From Lama glama (Eukaryota): 64,000 nucleotides of DNA. Shown here in pieces: positions 51,225 through 64,000 of the stretch. A program made the translations under genes and the position numbers. Within the stretch, counting starts at the first letter, position 1; the number at the start of each line of letters is the position of its first letter. The notes under the pieces are model-generated. The model saw only the letters and a list, made by a program, of their open reading frames with translations. It did not search any database and was not told the origin of the DNA. Location of the stretch: positions 35,342,001 to 35,406,000 of the forward strand of contig CM052816.1 in assembly GCA_028534125.1 (NCBI GenBank), given 5' to 3'.

Positions 51225-53105
51225 CAGGCTTTCGAAAATAAAAGCGTCTTAACTTTCCCCTGAGCACCGAAGTTTCCAGACCTGCAGGATGCTTGCCCTC
51301 TTCATTACCCTGCTCTGTGACTAAGAATTAGGTAGAGTTTCTCTGAGCTTCATGTCTCTCCTCTCGAATGCCATGGTCCTCTCCCAGGATGCAGGGCACA
51401 GACTGACACTGCTGGTTCCAACTGTAGCTCCATGCAGGTTACCTCTGGGCTTCCACTCTCACTTACGGAATGGACAGCCTTACAGGATTAGGAATCTAAA
51501 GGAGTAGGTATTTAAAACTCCTACCACGATGTAAGTCTGACCCATATTGGTTCTGTGGCAAGATGTCTCCTAAGCTCTGAATGAAAAAATGGAAACAAAA
51601 ATCCACAGTAAATTGGCTATTACTTGTAATGAGCAAGGGGCTTACAACATTAACAGTGATTCAAAATCAACTTGTAGCATGAATTCCTTCTGGCACTTGC
51701 ATGGAACAATTTTTTTTAAGCAGTTCTCAAAATTTGGGTAGATCTGATTCATTTTGGATTTTTTAAATATTATTTTAATAAAATTTCTGCTTAATGAAGT
51801 GCTTATTCATTACACATAATTCAGTGAACTGTTTCTTTCAGCTCCAATGGGAAAACATCAGGAAAGTAATTTCATTTCCTCTTCTGTATATAATGAATCT
51901 TTTCACATTTCTTCTTGTTAATTTCTTACCAAAAAAAAAAAAAAAAACCCAATGAGAGCCTGAACCACATTCATCTGTGACGTTGTATGGTTAATAGTCC
52001 AATCTCATATTTGCATGGGGCCAGCCGTCAAAGATGGCACCACAGGGAATCCACTATAATTTTAAGACATGTTGCAGAGTCACATATGTCCATAAATCTA
52101 AATTCACTAGAATGCTTATGGGAACATAGTCATCATTAGATTTGAAAAAAACCTCTTTTATTGCTTTCATTTTGAACTTCACCCTTTATTTGACTCAAAT
52201 TATCTTTATCAGATAATGGATAAGGGGCCTCATAATGAGTAAACAACTTACCAGGAGCAATCTCATTTGCAAAATTTCTTAAAATTCTTGTCAGAGCCCA
52301 TTCTGAACACAGCCGGGGCAATTATCTCTGTTTCCTTTAAGAAAAGTCTCCTTAACCTAGCCAATTCCAATCTTGGAAGACTTTTTCACAAAAGCTTTAC
52401 AGAGAGTTAAGGGAAACTGGGCAGGTTCCATAAACCTCTCTGCACCTCAAGGACTTCATCTGTGGACGGAAAAATACTTTCATGTGGGAGAATTAGACAA
52501 GATGCAGGGAGTAAAGGTGGTCAGTTTATTATTCATTCAACAGGAGTAGGTCTCCTTCCTCCAAACCTGGACCTTGTTAAATTGCCATTTAAAATCTATC
52601 ACCAACACCCTCCTCTCCCTCACCCCACCCCAGAGCTCTCCTCAGAGGTTCCCATTCCCCCACCCTGTATTACCACAGCTAACATCTCCAGTTCTTCACA
52701 GGTGCCTCTAAGGGATGCTGAAGGAAATCTCTTGGCTGGAATTACAGATGCACAGTTCTGGCCTCAGAAGGACCCCTTCCATCAACCTTACACGTGCTCC
52801 AGAGTGTTCTTGTGTCCATCCACTGCTGGGGGCTACTTCCTTCATTCCCTATCTTGGTCTCTACTCTGCCTCACTCCCCATTCTCCTTCTCAGCAGATGA
52901 TCTTTCCTCCTACAACACTAGAAAAACAGAGACCTAAAGGCAGGTGCTCCAGTTCTCACCTCCTCATCTGCTCCCATACAAACTCTGTTCCTCATTTATT
53001 TAATTTTATTCCATGTTGAGTGTACCTTCAATCTTGCCCTCTTCATTGACTTCTCCTCAGCATATAAATGCGACCAAGCCTCTCCAATCCAAAAAGAACT
53101 CCTAT

Positions 53106-53682
53106 CCCCAATGTTCACAGCAGCACTATTTACAGCAGTCAAGACACGGAAGCAACCTAAATGTCCACCAATAGATGACTGGATAAAGAAGTTGTGGTAT
53201 ATTTATACAATGGAATACTACTCAGCCATAAAGAAAGAAACAATGCCATTTGCAGCAAGATGGATAGACCTACAGATTATCATACTAAGTGAAGTAAGTC
53301 AGACAGAGAAAGATAAATACCATATGATATCACTTATACATAGAATCTAAAAAAAATGACACAAATTAACTTATTTACAACACAGAAATAGACTCACAGA
53401 CATAGAAAACTGTGGTTAGTAAAGGGGAAAGAGGATAAGGGAGGGATAAATTAGGAGTTTGGGACTAAGAGATACACATCACTATATATAAAATAGATAA
53501 ACAACAAGGACCTACTGTATAGTACAGGGAACTATATTCAATATCTTGTAATAAACCATAATGGAAAAGAGTATGAAAAAGAATATATGTGTGTGTGTGT
53601 ATCTATCTATCTCTGAATCACTTTGCTGTACACCTGAAACTAACACAACATTATAAATCAACTATACTTCAATAAAAAAAAA
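53106..53682 (+). mobile_element. 5'-truncated L1 3' end
   Basis: ORF 53111-53350 MFTAALFT...KQPKCP...WIKKLWYIYTMEYYSAIK is the L1 ORF2 C-terminus; 3' UTR and A-tail follow. Confidence 0.95.
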
Positions 53683-54339
53683 TTATCTAGGCTATCAGCC
53701 AAAAAAAAAAAAATGTGACCTTGGGTAAGTCTTTCCCTCAGTCTCAGTCTCCCCATTTGTAAAATGAGAAGGTAATCTCTAACATCCTTCTTAAGTATGA
53801 GTGATGCCTCCCTGTTGCCTCATTCTTTCCTTGGGACTACTGTGCAGGATAGGGCTTTACTCTGGGCTAGGTTCCCATGCAAAAGGGAGTGCCAAGGAGC
53901 CTCAGGGACCATCATCTAGGGCCTGCCAAAATCAGGATCCCCCTGTCATAGCCTGGATTGCTTTTTTTGTACTTTGATTTGGGGAGGGTAAGTGCATTTT
54001 CCTGGACAGGGCATCTGTCATTTCACCAGATTTCTACACACACCGGATCTGAGCCTGAAAGGATGGAGCCCCAGTCTAAATTTCAGAAGCTCTCCCACCC
54101 AAGAACGAATAATACATTCTTATACAAGAAACCAGGCTTTCCCCAAATCCTCTCAGAATTTGAAGTTACACCAAAGAATAGCCTTCCTAGCCCACCTCTG
54201 CTCTCCTGTTTCCCTCTATTGCCTGAATCAGGGTTGGACCTCACCATCCCCAGAAAGCTGATGCGTGGTACCCTAAATACTGACTGATCCCCACCTCAGG
54301 AAGAAAAGCTCACTATTAAACTGGAGAAACACTGCCCCC

Positions 54340-54820
54340 AAGTGGCCAGTCACGAAACGTTCTGCTCTCCACCTCTTCCCTGAGCCAGGAAGGGCGCGAG
54401 TCCCTACATGGACAACGGCTTTGGAGCAATGAGTCCGGAGAAGGTGGGGTACAGGGTGGAGGCAGTGGTACAGGGGGTACAAGGCAGAGTCTGTCCTCGA
54501 ATCTCAGCAGTATCCAGGAACAGAGAATGGCGCCTACCCTGAAGGCCACCGCGCGGTGCTCTGTACGGGTGCCCTGGATGGCAGGAGACTAGACAAGGGC
54601 GGGTGCTGGAGGAGGGGTGTTAAGGGAGGCGAGGGATGGGGGCTGAGTTGTCGTCGTGATCTGGCAACTTTCGGCTCAGAGCGTGCACATCCTCATGCTT
54701 GGAGCAGCTGAGGTTTTGTTGCACTAAATCTGCCATTTCTTCGTTTGTTTTTGCTTGTCCACTCTTTACCACATGGCGCCGGTTCTGTGCCAGGCATCGT
54801 GCTAAGTGCGTCACGTGTAT
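54340..54820. promoter_or_regulatory. CpG-enriched, promoter-like region
   Basis: Local CpG cluster (ggcgcg, ccgcgcgg, gtcgtcg, ggcgccgg), GC box gggcggg near 54597; minus-strand donor-like AGG|GTAGGC near 54537. Confidence 0.4.
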
Positions 54821-55089
54821 TTTCTCATGTGTGCTCACAAAAGCCCTTGAACAAGGTTCTCAAACTAATCCCATTAGTACAAGAAGGAGCCAAAGGGTCA
54901 GAGAAGAGACCAAGAAGAGAGAAGAGAGAGAAGGAGCCAAAGAGTCAGAAAGGTTAAGTGACTTTAAAGGGTCCTTTGGCCAGCAGGGGACAGAGCAGGA
55001 TTCCAACCCGACACTGACCCCAGAACTCAACCAGTCCTTTACCCTCTCCTGTCCCCTGTAAGCCTCCAGAAAGTGATGCTGCCTGAGCA

Positions 55090-57230
55090 TCTATGAGGAG
55101 GAAAGGCAAACTCATATCCAGAATCGGTATCTGGGAGGGTGAACTTTGGCCTTCGTAAAGTAGGAGGGTCTCAGTGTTCACTTGCCACCAAGAAGATGGC
55201 TGGTTTGCTTAAGGAATAGTGCCAGCTAGGGGGATCAATCACTAATTTGTCTCTGTGGCTCACAAGCTGAACACTCAGAGGCAGTGGCAGCTAGATCAGC
55301 CTTAGCAAATGTAAGTACATGCTGTAGATTCGTGTGTAGCCTGCATCTCTGCTTGTGGGCTGTCATTCCAGTTCTGCGCTGCCAGTGGTGAAAGTGGCTA
55401 ATGTCACCTGCCATTGTTTTCTTTGTCGTTCACTGTCTCTTCCACAGTACATACTTTCTGATAAACATTAATGTGTAAAATAAACCCCCTCATACTGTGT
55501 CTCCACTACCACATGCTGTCTCTGCTTCTAATCCCAGAATGTCTTCTCTCTGATCTTTCAGTGCTTTTCCTTCTGGGTTCCTGATCATCTGGTTAAGCCA
55601 GTGGTCATTTCCCAGGAATCTATATATATTCTTGCCTAGGCCACTTATTTTGGCACCCAGAGTTAACAATGAGACATATCACTTGCTCACTGGGAAGATT
55701 CCCCTTTTCCACTGTTTCAGGGCCATCTCTGAATGTAGCTGTATACAATTGCCATCCATTTTCAGCTCATACTCTCATACTGACCTGATCCACATTCAGA
55801 CCAAGTTTAGGCTTTTTCCCCTCCTACAGCTGGTCACAGATGTGGTCCGGGACAGGAGTACTGGTACAACTGTGGTGGAGGGCTAGGCTGCCTGTTCATG
55901 CAGCTTGTGCCCTCTGGTCTTGCTTCTGCTTATCGATGTTAAGCAGCACTGATCAGGTTTGCTCCTTGGGACACCATGCTCTTTTAGTTTTCTACACAAC
56001 TTCCTGGAGTCAAACACCCTTGGCTGCCCCTCTACCCCTGCTGGTTATTATGATGATTGATAGCGGCCTTCTGGCTTTTAGTGGCTGAGCTCCACCACAT
56101 GCCTCTGTTACTTCACTTCCCATCATGAGTCCAGTTCTGTGATCATCTCTCTTACCATCATCCCTGGCCTGCAGAGGAGGCCAGCCCTGGATTCTTGAGT
56201 GTTGCTGGTGCCCCCTTCACCAGCACTTTCCCGAAGGCCTTGGTGAATGGTGTATCCTCTGGGCGTCTTCATGGAATATATAATTGTGCAGTAGGTCCTT
56301 TGGTTTCACATAATATATCCACTGCAGCATCCCACTTTCTTCAGCCTTTTTATTTTCTCCTCTATTATTTTCAGGGAACTCAGGCATTTCCATATCTTTT
56401 TTTTTTTTTCAGGTTTCTGAGCCATCATAGCTCAAGGTTTGTTCCATCTCTTTGGGTCTTTGTCAGGGTGGTAAATCCCATGTCTTGAGAAAGCATCTAA
56501 GTTACTGAATTTTTGCTTTTTCAGTTTTACATTCTGACCCCTGTGATCATATACTCCCCAAATTAAATTGCAGAGATAATCCCCCAGCTCATGTATAACA
56601 CATGCTCAAGAATTCTTGCAGCTCCTTCAATAGAAATCTCTTTCTTTCCTTCTCAGGTCCAGCATGTCCCCAGTCGAGTTATACAGGGTTAACCCTAATA
56701 ATTAGCTTGGCAGCCAGGAGTGCAGGTAGAATTAGCACCTGAGGGGGTTATCTGTTGCCTTATGGAGGAAACCGCTCAGCAGAATCTTCCTTCTTGGGGC
56801 TTCTAGCCCTTCCTCTCGAGAGGTGGGTCACTTCTCGAAGCTCTGAGCTTTCAGAGGGTTCTGCAAAGAAGCACCCACCCAGATGTCCCCATCTGACATT
56901 TCAGGGTCCCAGGTTTTCCCAATCTCAATCCTTACCTTAGCACACAGACTCACTTTGGCTAAGCACTTAAATGTCACTAGAGTTCAGCAACCTCAACCAC
57001 CAGATCTTGATTTTGCTCCTCAGCTGTGATACTCTCCCTCTGCCAGAAAACAAGGGCCTTTTTTTTTTTTTTAAACCACCAGGTAAATGCTTACATTGAA
57101 ACTTGAACTGTTAGCAGCTCTTGATTTCTAATTGCCTCTCTGTGAAGCTTCAGTATACCCTAGTAATAACCAGCCCACAACCCTGCAGGCCATGTTCTCC
57201 CCATAGTTTTCAGATGCCTGCATCATCTCA
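55090..57230 (-). mobile_element. ERVL/MaLR internal region with decayed gag
   Basis: Minus-strand translation near 56190-56265, PEDTPFTKAFGKVLVKGAPATLK, resembles ERV-L Gag; boundaries approximate. Confidence 0.7.
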
Positions 57231-57839
57231 TTGACAAGACCATTCCCTGCCGCTGGATTCTTCCCAAATCATCACCTTCTCAACATCATTCCAGACTTCT
57301 TTTCCAACCTCATCTCTTACCATCTGTCTTCTCTCACAAGCATGTTAAGTTCTTCATTGTTCTCCAAGCTTTTTTTTTTTAACTGCATTGCGTCTACATG
57401 TCTTTGCCTAAGGTATTGCCTCTGCCTACAGCTTCTACTCTTCTGCACCTCATGACCCATGTTCAAGTTCAGTTTAAGCATCATCTGAGAGGGTCATAGA
57501 GTAGACATGCATTTGCTTTAAGGTCAAACAGACCTGGGTTTTAATTCTACCTCTACCAGTTACTGCTGCAAGAAGCCAGCAGCTTCCTTGGGATGTAAAC
57601 TTCTGTTGGTGCTCAAACTGCAGGGATAATGAGTCTGGTGAGCCCCAGAGTGCAGCTCCCAGCAATGAGAGTTAGTAAGGTGCCCATATTGGGTGCACAT
57701 GGGAGCTGGGCAGGGGTTGGGCCTTTTTAAAATGCATCCCAGGACTTAAAAATGTCAGACTACCTCTGCAGGCCCTGGGAACCCTAAACTAGTCAGAAAA
57801 GTTGAGGTAGTGATTGCTGGAGTGGGTGGTGAGATAAGG

Positions 57840-58090
57840 TACAGTTGACTTAGTGGTTAAGATTTTAGAGCCAAATGGATCTAGACTCAAATCCCGACTC
57901 TGCTGTTCAGGTGAATGACTGTGGGCAATTTATTCAAGCTCCCTGAGCCTCAGTTTCCTCCTGGGAAACCTGTAAGGAGAAGTGGAGCTCATAGCATAGT
58001 CATGTGGGTTGACTGCGAGAATTCATAGAAAGCATCTAATACTCTGCTTAGCACGTTATAGGAACTGGCTGAATGTAAAATGACATTGAT
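57840..58090 (+). mobile_element. MIR
   Basis: tagtggttaaga...ttagagcca...tcaaatcccgactctgc...ccctgagcctcagtttcctc. Confidence 0.8.
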
Positions 58091-58759
58091 TAGTCCACAT
58101 TCCCGTTCCAAGTGAGGGACTCTCTTTAGAACAGAGGACCAGTCATGGGTGATGAAAGGGATCTTCTAAGTGGGTTCCATGCCTCATGAGCCCACCTGGC
58201 CTCCCTTGTCTTTAAAACTCTTTGTCCTTCCTTCTTTCTTGACTCCTCTCCTATGTATTTGGTGCTCCATTTCTGCCCAGATTGCTGTACACAGTTCCTC
58301 TCAGCTTGAATCTCATTTACTCCCTCACCTCATCAACATTTACCTGTTCTGTCCCCCTTTGATTAGGGGCCTTGCTGGGGAGCCACCTAATTAATCTGGT
58401 GAAGCAATCAAGGGCAGGGCATTAGTGGCTCATAATGCTGTATTCCCCCCAGGGCATCTGCTGTAACTTTAACAGGGCTCCCATTAACTTGATGCAAAGG
58501 AGTGACTAATGTGATAATTTTAGGACCCTTGCAAGGTCAACATCACTGAGACAACAACCTTCAAAACATCCAAATGGAGGAGTGAACAGGAGAGTGAGAG
58601 CCAGACAGTGGCTGAGAGCAAGACTCTCCTGTTCCTTGAAGTTTGGTTCACATCGCCAAAGGAGCATACCAAGAGTCACCTCAAGAAACACACCAGTCTG
58701 AACTGTGCAGTGGAGAGGGCCCAAACAGGCGCATTTCTGAGCCACTGCTTTGGATCTAG

Positions 58760-59440
58760 GAGTCAGCCTCTCTTGCCAGGACTGGTGCAGAAGCCTCTTC
58801 TAAGAGCTTCCTTGAATAGGTCTCTTTCTAATCTTTCTTCCATACCACTGAGGAAAGACCTTGAGAAGATACCATTCTGAGGATGTCATCTATTACTGGG
58901 TCCCCATGACCTTCATGGTAAAGTCTGAACTCCTCAGCCTGACACAAGCCCCTCCTGCCTGGCCCCTGCTCCCTTCTCCAGGTTCACCTCCCGCCACCCC
59001 GATCACACACCACACTCCAGACCAACTGAATGACTTGCAGTTCCCTACAGTCCCCACTCATAGCATCTGCAGTTCCCAACAACCACACTGTCTTCCTCTT
59101 CACCCTACTCCCACACCACCCCCATCTCCTCTTTCTCCTCATCCCATTGATTGCCCCATGGGCTCCTGTTCATTTTTTTCAAGAATCATCTGTTATCACA
59201 TCCTGGTAAAATTTTCAGTATCCCTCCACCCTCACCCTATGGAAAAATGAGCCATTTTCTCTTGCCCTACCAAGAGTCCTGCCATAATATTTCTACTTTG
59301 CAAAGGTTACTTGTTTTACGCACACCATCCCACATTAGGTGAAAGCTCTTTGGGCATTTGGAACATGTCTTGTCCTGTTTGTTTGAATCCTCAGCCTCTG
59401 GGATTCAAAGTAATCAATAAATGTATTCTGAGTGAAATGA
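58760..59440 (+). mobile_element. L2
   Basis: aaagtctgaactcctcagcctg...; ends aatcaataaatgtattctgagtgaaatgaa. Confidence 0.65.
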
Positions 59441-60729
59441 ACATAGCTATAAATGAGCAGAATTTAATTTGCATTCTGTATCTACCACATATTGCTGGGC
59501 AATTTATTTAAGTTCCCCATGCCTCCATTTCCTATTTTGGCAAATAGAAATAAAATACCTACCTAAGAGGATGAAGATGAGATTTTATGTCTGTGAATGT
59601 CCTGCCCTATGCTGGGCATGGACTAGGCTGTCACAGTGAGCTGCTGTCCCCAAACTTTGCTCACCTGGGGGTGTATCTGAGTCAAGTTGAGTTACAATAT
59701 TTTTAAAGACACATCCCCAGAGTCACAGGAGAAATCAAGAGACTTAGGGGGAAATCCACTGTTTGCTTCTGAGTGCCTAGCCTTGTGCTCCACACTGTGT
59801 ACACTGCTCCCAAAGCCCTTCCTTCCACCTTGGGTATCTGACTTGCTGACTGCATTGTACTTAAAGAGTAACAGAGGTTGCTCATTGAAAATTTTAATTC
59901 AAATGAACTGAATAGAATTTTTTTTTACATTGATTCAGAGTTGGAGGACCATTTTCTTCTACTGTACCTTTTCAGCAATTAAGTTACAGATTCTTTGAAC
60001 AACCATTATTGTGCTGACAGATTTCTATGTTGTTACTGCTGATTGTTTGAAAGAGACTAGTCCTTTAGACTAGAATAAATGTCTTTGGCTCAGTTTTTGC
60101 CAGCCTCATGAGTAAAGAATTTGAAGAAATAAGTCTCACTGTAAATTGACACTTTCTCCACAAACAACAAACAGAGAAAATGAGAGAGAGGGAGAAAAGG
60201 GGCAGGGAGAGATTCCTGCATGTGTATACATACACAGGGAAGATGAGGTTTTCATCCTTTGATAGTTATTCAGAGCACACTGCTAGCCTAGTATTTTGGA
60301 ATAGCTTACTTGTTAAATGCTAGGAGAATCAAGTCATTATAGGGGGTTCAAACTGCTACGGAATGTCAATCTTTGAGATGTATTGTCTGCTCAAATAAAC
60401 TGACAAGAAAATCTTTCAGGAACCAGAACCAGAAGATATTCTTAATATAAAAGGAAAAATACTACAATGAGCCTTTGGTTACTGAACATTTTTAAAACAA
60501 AGAGAAATGACAGTAAAACACCATTTCCTTGATTTTGTGCAAATTCAGTCTGTTAGTACCTGGACAAGACTCTTCCAGACCTTCACCACCACATAGGAAC
60601 TATGTAACAATTTACTGCTTACAGAATGTTGTCTCTTGTCTCTTAAGAAATGTGCACCCTGAAGGTTACATATATAATGGTATTTTGCTGATGTTTAATT
60701 TGTATGTATGCACTTATGATGAAACAACT

Positions 60730-61270
60730 ATTTATATACTACCTCATATATGCCTGATGGTGCTTTAGGCACTGGGTACAGATCAGAGAGCAAGACAGTT
60801 TCTGCTCTCATGAAGCTTACCTTCTGAAGGCTGGGGCTGGGGTAGATGGAGGAAACAGGGTTGTTAAATAGATTAATGAACAAGAAAATTATCAGAAAGT
60901 GAAAAGTGCCACATACGGGAACATAAAAGTTCCTGCAGTGGGAACAGGATTGGCAGGTAGAAGGAAACAAGGCAAGTCAACATGGTTGGAGAGAAGTGTA
61001 CGTATATGGTAGGAAGTAAGGTGAAACATCAGACTTGGAAAGTCATAAGTGTTGAGTTTGGATTTTATTCTTACTGCAATGGGAAGCTGCTGGAGGGATT
61101 TTAACCTGAGTAGTGACAGACTCTGAAGAACATTTAGAAATATGGGTAGAGATCAGACTCTAGTGAGCTGAGAGTGGAAGCAAGATTTCTAGTTAGAAGG
61201 TATGGTTCTGGATCAGGAAAAACATAATGGTGGCATACATGAGGGAGATACTAGGCAAGATGGAATGAGT
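60730..61270 (-). mobile_element. L2
   Basis: gtgctttaggcactggg...tctgctctcatgaagcttac...gagtttggattttattct...aatgggaagc. Confidence 0.7.
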
Positions 61271-61597
61271 GAAAAGTTCCTACATATGAGTCACATTTGG
61301 CTTCTGTTTATGAATTGCTCACGAAACTTTTCCAAATGAAATTCTGGGCAGGAGAACAAATTCCCATGAGAAACTATTCCAACTCTGCCAAAGAGATGGC
61401 AAAAGAACTAGAATGTCTTTGTCTTTTTGACATTTAAATACTAAATGTAAGCCACAGTCTGTGATTTATGCTTTAATCTTATTTAATCCTCATTACAACC
61501 CTACGAAGGAGATATTATAATTATTTCAATTTTATGATAAAAGAAAGCTGAGGCTTAGAGGTCCAAAATCACACAGCTAATAAAAGGTATTTTAAAA

Positions 61598-62432
61598 TAA
61601 AAGATGCTTAACATCACTAATTATCAGGGAAATGCAAATCAAAACTACAATAAGATATCACCTTACACCTGTTATAATGGCTATTATTAAAAAATAGTGA
61701 GCATGTGGAGAAAGGGGAACACTAGAACACTGTTGGTGGGAATGAAAATTGGTACAGCCACTATGGAAAATAGCATGAAGATTCCTTAAAAAATTAAAGA
61801 TAGAGCTACCATACAATCTAGCAATTCCACTCCTGGGTATTTATACAAAGAAAATAAAAACATTAATTAGAAAATATATATGCACCACAATGATTATAGC
61901 AGCATTATTTACAATAGCCCAGATACAGAAGCAATCTATGTCCATCAACAGATGAATGGATAAAGAAAATGTGGTGTATATGCACAATGGAATACTACTC
62001 AGCCATATAAAGAATGAAATCTTCCCATTTGTGGTAACATGAATGCACCTAGAGAATATTATACTTAGTGAAGTAAGTCAAAGACAAATATTGTATGCTT
62101 TCACTTAAATGTGGAATCTAAAAAACAAAACAAACCAACAAATATAACAAAATGGAAATAGAGTCATAGATGCAGAGAACAATCTAGTGGTTACCAAAGG
62201 GGAGTGTGTGGGGCGGGGGCAGGAAGGGCAAAATAAGTGAAGGGGATTAAAAGGCACAAACTACCAGTTATAAAATAATAAGTTACAATATTGTAATATA
62301 CAGGGCAGGGAATATAGTGAATATTTTATAATAACTTCATATGGTGTGTAATCTGTAAAAATAACAAATCACTTTATGGCACACCCGAAACTAATATAAT
62401 ATTGTAAGTTAACTACACTTCAATTAAAAAAA
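61598..62432 (+). mobile_element. 5'-truncated L1 3' end inserted in a MIR
   Basis: gaaatgcaaatcaaaactacaat...gatgaatggataaagaaaatgtgg...A-tail; TSD aaaaggtat (61582-61590, 62433-62441). Confidence 0.93.
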
Positions 62433-63319
62433 AAAAGGTATAGTTATAACCTGTAACCCAGACTTGTCTCTGCCAAAACCAGTTTTAAAATTTAACTACC
62501 AATCTAAACTGCTTCTCAAGAATGAAATATGTAAGTAATTTTCTGTAAATATCTAGGACATTTTCTTCATTATTTTACTAAGGGCTCTAGATTCTACCAC
62601 CTAATAAATTCAGGGTCAGGAGCGTGTAACTTCAGCCTGTGGCTGTGGCTTTGAAAGGAGATATAACAGAGGACTGAGGAGTTGCCAGGTGGGTTGTATG
62701 TTTCTCATAAGCTCTAACGTGGGTGCAGGTACCTCACTACCTACAGGGCTTCACGAGTTGAGAGTTGCTGAATGAGCCACATTGCGTTCTATTTTTAAAA
62801 TCTTGTTGATCCTATTTCTTTGCCTCTTAACCTTGTAGCTCCTTTTCTATGGCCTCTTTCAATAACCTTCCTTCAAGCCCTTATCACCTGGTACCTAATC
62901 AGAATAATACTGGCAGTGCTTTATAGTTTCCAAAACATGTTTTCACATTGTTACCTCAACTCTCACAGCACTGAGATAGATATCGTTATATTTTGTTGGT
63001 TTTGTTGATCCATATGCCTTTTTTTCCCCTACATTTTAACATATTGGAAATTGTAATAGGTTCTGCTTTCAGAGGCAACTTGCAATTGCTATTGGCCAGG
63101 CAGCAGTAGTGCTGTATTTGTTGTTGACTATGCATGCTCAATCCAACATATTTTCTCCTGATAAAATGAGTGGAATTCACTGTTCTCAACTGCTAGCTCC
63201 TAACAACTGCCTAAGGAAGGCATATGAGTTCTGGTTATTGCTTACAAACCTTCTATTGAACATCTTGGAATATTTTCCAACAACAAATTTTTCAGAATAA
63301 ATGGGGCTTAAAATTTTGC

Positions 63320-63482
63320 AGAAATAGTAGTGGAGCATTCTTAAAGATACGGTCCATCACCAATACATCTATGACACAGAGGATGGTGATGTACAGATAA
63401 AACACGGGTGCAGACTACTTTGAAACAAAGAGTGGTTCAGGAGAGTTGCACTATGATTATGAAGAAGTTTTAGGAATACCTC
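63320..63482 (+). mobile_element. Tc2/Kanga transposase C-terminal remnant
   Basis: tagtggagcattctt...catcaccaat...acagaggatggtgatgt...gaagaagttttaggaatacc resembles the pogo/Tc2 SFKKCCI-N-DGTED region. Confidence 0.5.
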
Positions 63483-63486
63483 AACC

Positions 63487-63770
63487 CAGAGATTCCCAGA
63501 CTTTCTTGGTTCATGGCATTTCTAGGGTCTCAGTACTTCTTCATAGCACCCCTAGGCCAAAAGAAACATCTAACAGTTTCACTTATTAGGTCCAACAACT
63601 TAGTAGCCATATGAAAAAAGGTAACTTTCAAATTTCATTCTTAAATAACTAGAATTACTTACTAAGTGGATGGGCGTGCTTTGGGGGGCACTCTACAACT
63701 GTACAAACCTTGAAATCAAACTGGACAATCAGAGGCTCTTCTCCCTGAATTACGCTGCTTGTCCCAGCTG
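63487..63770. mobile_element. hAT-Charlie element (MER119/Charlie7-like)
   Basis: ttcccagactttcttggttcatggc...gtctcagta...cacccctaggccaaaagaaa. Confidence 0.6.
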
Positions 63771-64000
63771 TTTAGCATGGACACCTGTACTTCTAGCCTC
63801 ATTAGCTTTAAGTTGCCTTGTCATGGATGCTGATGGCTTTCGGGAAAACTTCTAGCTAGGAAAAAAAAAAAAAGCCTGTGCTGAGTGTCCTTTACAGTGC
63901 AACATCCATCCCTCCTCTCTGACTGCCTGATGTGGCCTTTCCTGTGGTATCAGATGATTATTGTAAAAAGATCCTGGAAACCCTGGGTTTAAATATAAAA

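Noticed and set aside
52462..53019. Longest ORF in the track (185 aa)
   Set aside because: GTG start, overlaps MIR/L2-like sequence, no plausible domain or splice context.

Overview
Mammalian nuclear DNA, almost certainly from a camelid (alpaca/vicuna/camel): it carries four copies of the tRNA-derived Vic-1-type SINE. The window is mostly intronic or intergenic and repeat-dense. Repeats include old and younger L1, L2, MIR, MaLR/ERVL/ERV1 LTRs, an ERVL gag remnant, a nearly complete Tigger1, Tc2/Kanga remnants and hAT MITEs. Repeat subfamily names come from recalled consensus sequences, not a RepeatMasker run. A CpG island at ~6.2-6.9 kb looks like the promoter of a minus-strand gene with a 37-nt exon (6036-6000) encoding MVETD; I could not name this gene. 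The best unexplained structure is a phase-consistent, three-exon, polyadenylated micro-ORF on the minus strand (50000-46069; 45 or 58 aa), with a possible CpG-enriched promoter near 54.3-54.8 kb. Other notable items are a retroposed mRNA 3'-end inside a MER20, a twin-primed inverted L1 and a young CpG-rich solo LTR. Nearly all ORFs in the supplied track are spurious or repeat-derived. I see no firm evidence of a wholly new multi-gene system.
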